Below, one piece after another: positions 58,241-64,000 of a DNA stretch of 64,000 nucleotides. Both the position numbers and the translations under genes were made by a program. The notes below the pieces were generated by a model. That model was given only the letters and a program-made list of their open reading frames with translations, was not told the DNA's origin and did not search any database. This DNA is from Neophaeotheca triangularis (taxonomy: Eukaryota), in contig BAAIJX010000004.1 of assembly GCA_054600435.1 (NCBI GenBank), forward strand, positions 62,001-126,000, read 5' to 3'. Position 1 is the first letter of the stretch. Each line of letters opens with the position of its first letter.

Positions 58241-59214
58241 GGGGTGGTGGTGGTGGTGGCGGTGGTGCTTGAAGGGATATGGTGGTGTGCGCTGCTTGAC
58301 GGTCACTCGCACCTATCTTCGGGGTGGTGTGGGGCAGTGTGTTGGAGGCTGGTATTGATGATGGACGATGTTGGCGAAGGCGTCCGGTGGGGATTGTACA
58401 CGGGAGGGGAACGAGGGAATTGCTTTTTTTTGAGCCTAATGGTTCCGGTCGATACCCCCCAATGGTAGCGCAGCGAAGCTTTCTGCAAACATCATCATTA
58501 AGTATACTTTTTTGGGCAAAATGGGGTGACATACAATTGGCAGGATCCGTGTGAATTAGGGCTCGAGAATCATGCTGAGTGAGGCTTTTGCGCAGCGGCA
58601 ATGGGATGGGAAGCGCAGCATGAGACACGGGGTCGGGAAGGAAACTTGAGGAGAGTGAGGCACATATGATCAAGCGCACACGAGCTTAGAGCGATACCAG
58701 CAGCAAGATGTCAGTCACAACGAGTACAATATGGGAAAAGAGGCGCAAGTTTAAGCAAGATGATTCACATCTCATTGTTTTCGAGCTAAAGCAGCACGAG
58801 CAGCTCCTTGACAGTAATGACAATGAAAATCCACAGTAGAGTACAAGTAAGGTCGCCCACGCAAACGCAAGCACTCAAACCTCCCTCAACCGCAAACTCT
58901 CAATCCGCCAAAGAGAGCACGCGTGGATTCAAGCCTTCAGGGGAAGCGATTCCAGCGCGCACCCTTGGTCTGTCTAGAGCCGCATGCCCCCCGTTTGGGA
59001 TCGCAGATCTTCTGGTAGTCGAGAAAGATACCCCATGCACAGCTGTCTGTGTAACGCCTGAGATGCCATTGATGCACCGCCCATTTCCCCTTTGTCGTGG
59101 TCGAAGATCGTGAAGATCGTAGTGATGTTTCGCCAAAGAACGCCGCGCTCCTCTGAAGATGCAACAGTTATCAGATGGACTCTGAAAAGAGACTTGGGTC
59201 GCAGGGAGTGAGAC

Positions 59215-60728
59215 TTAGGCATGAGCGCCCGCATCCGTCTCCTTGTCGTCCTTTGCCTTCTTCTGCCCAGCCTCGTTTCCGTCATCGTGCTCGTCGCGAG
59301 AACGCTTGGTGCCGGTGGACTCCTCTTTGGTGGCGGCGCGAGCGCTGGCCTCACCTGGAACGATGGAGACGGGAGCTGGCTCGTTTGAGTCCTTCTCACC
59401 TGCATCGGAGCGGCGGCGATGGCTGCGTCCCATGCTGTCGACGCTGCCGTCACGGCGACGGCTGCCATCCTCGTCGTCGTCGCGTCTGCCCCTACCTTGA
59501 CCGCGACCATCATTGCGGTTGCCGCGCCAAGCGCCATCTGGCGCGTGCCTGTCGCGACCGTCATCCCTGTCACGACGTCCCCCACGTCCACCGCCACGAC
59601 CGCGACCGCCACCACGACCACGTCCATCACCACGCCCACGGCCACGTCCACGTCCGTCACCCCTGCCGCGATTACCACCGCCGTAGCTAGCGCGTGTGGT
59701 CTCGTGGGGGTCGATATTTCCGTTCTTGATCTCCTCGTTCTTCCAGTCCATGTAGTCCACCTTCCTCATGACCTTGAGCTGCATATCGTTGGGCCCGTTC
59801 CTGTAGGTAGGGGTGGGATCGAGCTTGAGGAAGGCGTCGGCCAACTCGGGAGTGTCAAACTCGACGAAGACGCTACCCTTGAAAATCTTATCATAGTCGT
59901 TGCTCCTGCGCAGACGAACGACCTTTGAACCGTAAGGCGCAAAGAATTGCTCAACGGGAATCTGCATGTCTTCTTTCAGCGGGAATCCCTTGATGTAGAG
60001 GCTGGCCTTCATAGACTCAGACTCCCTCAGCGGCTTGTTGGCTCTTGCGTCGGTGGTGTACTTGGAGTCGAGAGGGATCTTGCGCTTGAAGGTCTCCTCT
60101 CCTGGGCGGCCATTCTCAATCAGGTCGAGGAACTTGCTGTTGCGGATGGCGTCGATGATGGCGGAGTAAGGGCTGAAGTGCTTCATGCGCGAGAAGGAGC
60201 AGATGGTCTTGACGGGGACGGGCTTGTTCGCAGGTCCTCCGGTTTCGTTGAGCAAAAATTGGTCAGTCGGCAAGTTTGCATCGCTAACGTAGAACTCAAA
60301 CTGGGCCCTGATCTCGTCGGCGTCGTTGCTCTCTTTGAGCTTGTAGTCTTTGGCTTGGGGCTTGTATTCGTAGTGAGACTTGTTGTAGGAGTCTGAGCGA
60401 AGATACTGTGAGCCGTCGGATCCCTCGTGAAGGGACATGTTCTTCACTTGGGAGGTCATACCAGAGTCCTTTGTGGAGTTTTTGCCCTTCTCGGTGACCT
60501 CTTTGTCGGCGTCCTTGGTCACATCCACTGCGTCAGCCTCTGCGCCAGTGGTGCTGTCGCCATTGGCGACTTTGTCTGCGACTCAAAGTAGTTAGTAAAT
60601 TACCGGGGAGCTTTGCGAAACTTCACTTGAGCGCGATTTTACGTACCTTCTTGCTTGTCCTCAGTCATGTTGGTGTTGTTGATCTCTTCAGCCTTGTCGG
60701 CAACTTGGTGCTCTGTGGTATCCGCCAT
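59215..60728 (-). CDS. LHP1: La protein homologue (La motif + RRM + RGG tail)
   Basis: Exon 60728-60647, intron 60646-60576, exon 60575-59215. La motif IRAQFEFYVSDANLPTDQFL...ICSFSRMK and RNP1 FKGSVFVEF. Confidence 0.93.
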
Positions 60729-61717
60729 TGCGCGCGGATTGTGGTTGTGGTTGTGGATGTGGTGTGAGGTTGGCAGAGGAAGCTTCCGAGTCAAAAAAGT
60801 TCAGGTAGGTATTTCGAAAAGCTATGGTGGGGTTGCCGGATCTCGGGCCGCTCTTCAGCCTCAGGCACAGCGGCAGCTTACCAGCTTCCGAACTATATCC
60901 GGTAGACTTCACTTGTCAAGGTCTCACCTGAACTTTTTTCCTCTCGGCGAATACACAGCGAAAACGCTTACTAGCAACGAGAGCGGGACAGGCCAGTAGT
61001 CCCAATATCTTGCATTCGACTGTCATAGTTGCAAGCCTCCACGGCGCTCAGCATTGGCCGCAGACGCTTGATTCGGCTGAAAAGAAACGGGCCCCTGGGC
61101 TATTCTCAGCTGATTGCATGCTATCAAACAACATAGCGACCGGAGCAGCGTGGCCAGCTTGTACAGTAGTCTAATATCACTACGTGCTCTCTAGTCAGCT
61201 CGTTATGAAGACAAAATTCCTCCGCGAAGCTCCTCAATCTGCATTCTTTACGATTCCCGAACGGCTTTTGCTTTCCCAGCAAAACTGGACGGCTTCCACT
61301 CGCTCATCGTCCATAGCTGCGAGGTCCTCGACTCAGTCCTTTTACCTTGAGATCCAACCGTGCTTTGGGGTCACACTGTAGCTACCTTGCCGAGAATGCT
61401 CAGTATAACTTCATAGCACGGACTCTAAGAGCCCTCATCGAGCTGAATAGATATGCCATTCTTGGCCATTGTTGCGTTTCAGCAACACTTGAGGCCGTCC
61501 CCTTGGCTACGTGATCACTGCTTGAAGTTAGGTGCGAGACTTTACCGTGCCGAGAAGCTCTGAATGGAGCACTTTATATCGAGCACTGCAGTAGCAGATC
61601 TTAACGCAAGAGTGTTCATATTGTACTATCCTGCTACTCTGAGCCTCCTCACTGCAGCTTCAATGCATCGTCGCCGCACTTTTCGAACGGAGGCGACGAC
61701 CACATTCTCGGGGCGGA

Positions 61718-61992
61718 GGTAAATCACTAACTACTTTGCATTGCAGACAGAGTTGCAGACAAGTTCACGACAGCACCAGTGGCGTAGGGGTTGGTGTAAT
61801 AGTCAAGGCCAGAGATGATGACATAGACGTTACCGAGAAACACAGCAACTCCATCGAGAAGAGTAGCAACTCCACGAAGCACTCTAGTACGACCTCCCAG
61901 GCGAAGAATATTTCCTTTTATGAGACGACCTGGTCACCAAGACAAAAGAGTCCGGTATGACTTCCCAAATAAAGAACCCGTCCTTTTACCAG
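61718..61992 (+). pseudogene. Degenerate inverted partial duplicate of the La gene (intron 1 3' end + start of exon 2)
   Basis: ggtaaatcactaactactttg..gcagac matches La intron ggtaatttactaactactttg..gcagac. The translated copy DSTSG...VTEK...NSTKHSSTTSQAKNISFYE matches La DSTTG...VTEK...NSTKDSGMTSQVKNMSLHE. Confidence 0.75.
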
Positions 61993-63071
61993 ACAGGTTA
62001 CCGAGCTATTCTTATACGTTTGTTGGATCGCGCACATTCCCCTTCTGCCCCTGTGAAGCAGATTGAGCCTATCGACAGGGCTCGAATCAGCCACGAAACG
62101 ATGCTGCCGCGGCCGTAGCATTTGATCGCAGCGACCATCCGTAGCTGGGAAACAACAACAGCGAATTCTGCCTGCACATGATGGACCGCCGGCGCTGCTC
62201 CGCAAAAACTCTGGAGCCACCCCACGAAACCTACTACCGGCTGGGGTTCATCTCGAGGACCTACACGTCAGCCAGCAGCTGTACCTCGCGCTCGAATGCA
62301 ACGCGACAGCCCCATCCAAGCTAGGGGACCCTTGGCCCTCCTTCCTCACGTGCTCCATCCATCGCAGGAGACTCTCGTTTCAAGCGCCAATCACTCTTCG
62401 ATTGAAGGAAATCTGGCTACCTCACCCTCCCAGGCTTCTACCGCCCTGAAGCCACAAGCGCAAACTTCTCCCTTCTGAGCATCTTCACTATGCTCTGGAA
62501 ATCCGTGCAAAAAGTCCGACCGAAACCCCAGTCAGTCACGCCCGTTTCAGCATCTTGGTGCTAACATAAAACCAGCCCGACTGGCTGGTAGGATACGACC
62601 TCCAACCTGAAAGGAGTCAGCTCGCGAAATAGCCCGCACGAGTAGGATTCCTCTTTTGAAAGATCGTACACCATGTCCAGGGTGACGTCGGTGACAAAGC
62701 GGCATCGTGGAAAGAGGACAATCTTCTCGTCGCGCAACTAGTTCGCTCTGCTTGCGCAAGTCAAGAGATCATGACCTTGAAATGTCTTGTTTGGTTCTCG
62801 TCCTTGATGCTGAGACGCTTCTGGATAAGAAGATTGCGCGAGCAGCTAGCAGTGCGGGAATCAGCACTAGGGCCTTCTTAGAGCCTACCTATCCCGTGGA
62901 GTCGCGAGACAGCCTAGCTTAGTAGAAACCTTTTTCGAGATGGAGTTGATCAGTAAACACACATCCATCAGCCACGGTTCCAAGAGCGCTGACAACACAA
63001 ATCTCCATACTAGCAAGTAACAGTACTATACAGCGTCCACAAGCACCCTCACCCAAGCAAACCCAACACCC

Positions 63072-64000
63072 TCACGCCTCCTCATCCGCACCCCCCTTTT
63101 CCAATCCCTCAACCAACGCCCTCCCCCTGGCCCAGCTCTCCTCAACCCCCTCCCTAACCCACCTCTCCCTCCCAGGCTGCCAGCCCTCAACCTCCCCCGT
63201 GCGGCCCTTCTCCTCACACAACTGCAAAACATCCCAACACCTCTCATCGCCCAGCAGCGCCAGATTCTTGGCCAAATCCATCAACGTGCCGATGCGAGGG
63301 TACCAGTTGAGGGGCGGGGATATCATGTCCATGAGGTGGCGGTGGGCGAAGTGCAAGTGGGTAGTGGCTTCGGCGAGATGGGGAGAGGAGTGGAGGGTTG
63401 GGCTTGTCGTTGTTGGTGGTGTTGGTGGTGTGGAGGAGGGTTTGGGGGTTGTGGCGAGGGTTAAAGCGTGCCGGCCTGCGGCTATGAAGACGAGGATTAG
63501 CCGGTCGTAGGTAAGGGGGTTGGGTTTGATGCGGAGTTCGAGGAGTTCGGAGACGAGGAAGGAGGCTTGGGAAGCGTCCGGGGGGGAAGCGCGTCTGCAG
63601 CCGCGGAGTAGGAGGTTGAAGGTTTCGATTGTCGCAAGTGTGTGTCGGGGGGCTCCGGGTTTGGTGGAGGGTGGTGCGAAGGTGTGGAGGGTTTTGTAGA
63701 GTTTGAGTGCGGAGGGAAGGTTGGAGTTTTCGACGTATACTTCGAGGAGCAGATTTAGGGCTGCGATTGGGATGGGGCGGTCTTGGGAGTGTAGGTCTGT
63801 GAGGATTTGAAAGGCTGTGGAGAGGTCGTCGGGGTTCGTTTTGAGGTGATGGTAAAGGGCGCGCGTAGTGTTGGTTGTGGGTTGGAGGTTCTCTAGCGGC
63901 ATGATGGTGAGGATGCTGAGGGCGCGGCGCAGGTCGGGGTCGGGGCCGGAGAGGTAGGTGGATATGAGGAGTTCGTAGTGGTTGCGTTGGAAGGGTGTCC
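63072..64000 (-). CDS. Pentatricopeptide-repeat (PPR) protein, 3' part; 5' end outside the window
   Basis: The frame is open to the window edge. PPR-like helices HYELLISTY, ALNLLLEVYV...ALKLY, ETFNLLLRGC...IKPNPLTYDRLI. Confidence 0.8.
   Translation of the reverse strand, partial: TPFQRNHYELLISTYLSGPDPDLRRALSILTIMPLENLQPTTNTTRALYHHLKTNPDDLSTAFQILTDLHSQDRPIPIAALNLLLEVYVENSNLPSALKLYKTLHTFAPPSTKPGAPRHTLATIETFNLLLRGCRRASPPDASQASFLVSELLELRIKPNPLTYDRLILVFIAAGRHALTLATTPKPSSTPPTPPTTTSPTLHSSPHLAEATTHLHFAHRHLMDMISPPLNWYPRIGTLMDLAKNLALLGDERCWDVLQLCEEKGRTGEVEGWQPGRERWVREGVEESWARGRALVEGLEKGGADEEA

Noticed and set aside
57678..60728. LSM4 and La adjacency as a functional cluster linked to the intron-bearing tRNA
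   Set aside because: Both act on Pol III transcripts, but they are ubiquitous housekeeping genes 18 kb from the tRNA. Nothing in the sequence links them.
1..64000. Transposons, CRISPR arrays, rRNA or a secondary-metabolite backbone gene
   Set aside because: No transposase/RT motifs, terminal repeats, repeat-spacer arrays, rRNA signatures or PKS/NRPS domains were seen.

Overview
Eukaryotic, gene-dense DNA from a filamentous ascomycete. GT-AG introns with CTRAC/CTAAY branch sites, a Zn2Cys6 factor and the gene content suggest Pezizomycotina, possibly Dothideomycetes (inference). I can support 19 protein-coding genes, two of them cut by the window edges: an alpha/beta hydrolase fragment, a BTB protein, a Zn2Cys6 TF, SRV2/CAP, a PfkB kinase, a UIM protein, a Gvp36-like BAR protein, an AAA ATPase, CSF1, eEF2, an RBM26/27-like protein, carnitine acetyltransferase, MDH1, MRPL3, a small complex I subunit missing from the ORF track, ARH1, LSM4, La/LHP1 and a PPR fragment. 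There are also two uncharacterised membrane proteins. The standout is a tRNA-Leu(AAG) gene at 39098-39308. It forms a complete cloverleaf only after removing two spliceosomal-type introns (GTTAGT...branch...YAG, at tRNA positions 8/9 and 26/27) plus a canonical 37/38 tRNA intron. Secondary observations: a degenerate inverted partial duplicate of the La gene, a 527-nt intron with almost no stop codons, a hairpin-rich region downstream of the RBM26-like gene, and a C-rich to G-rich switch near the 3' end of many CDSs. All calls come from reading the sequence by eye; no searches were run.
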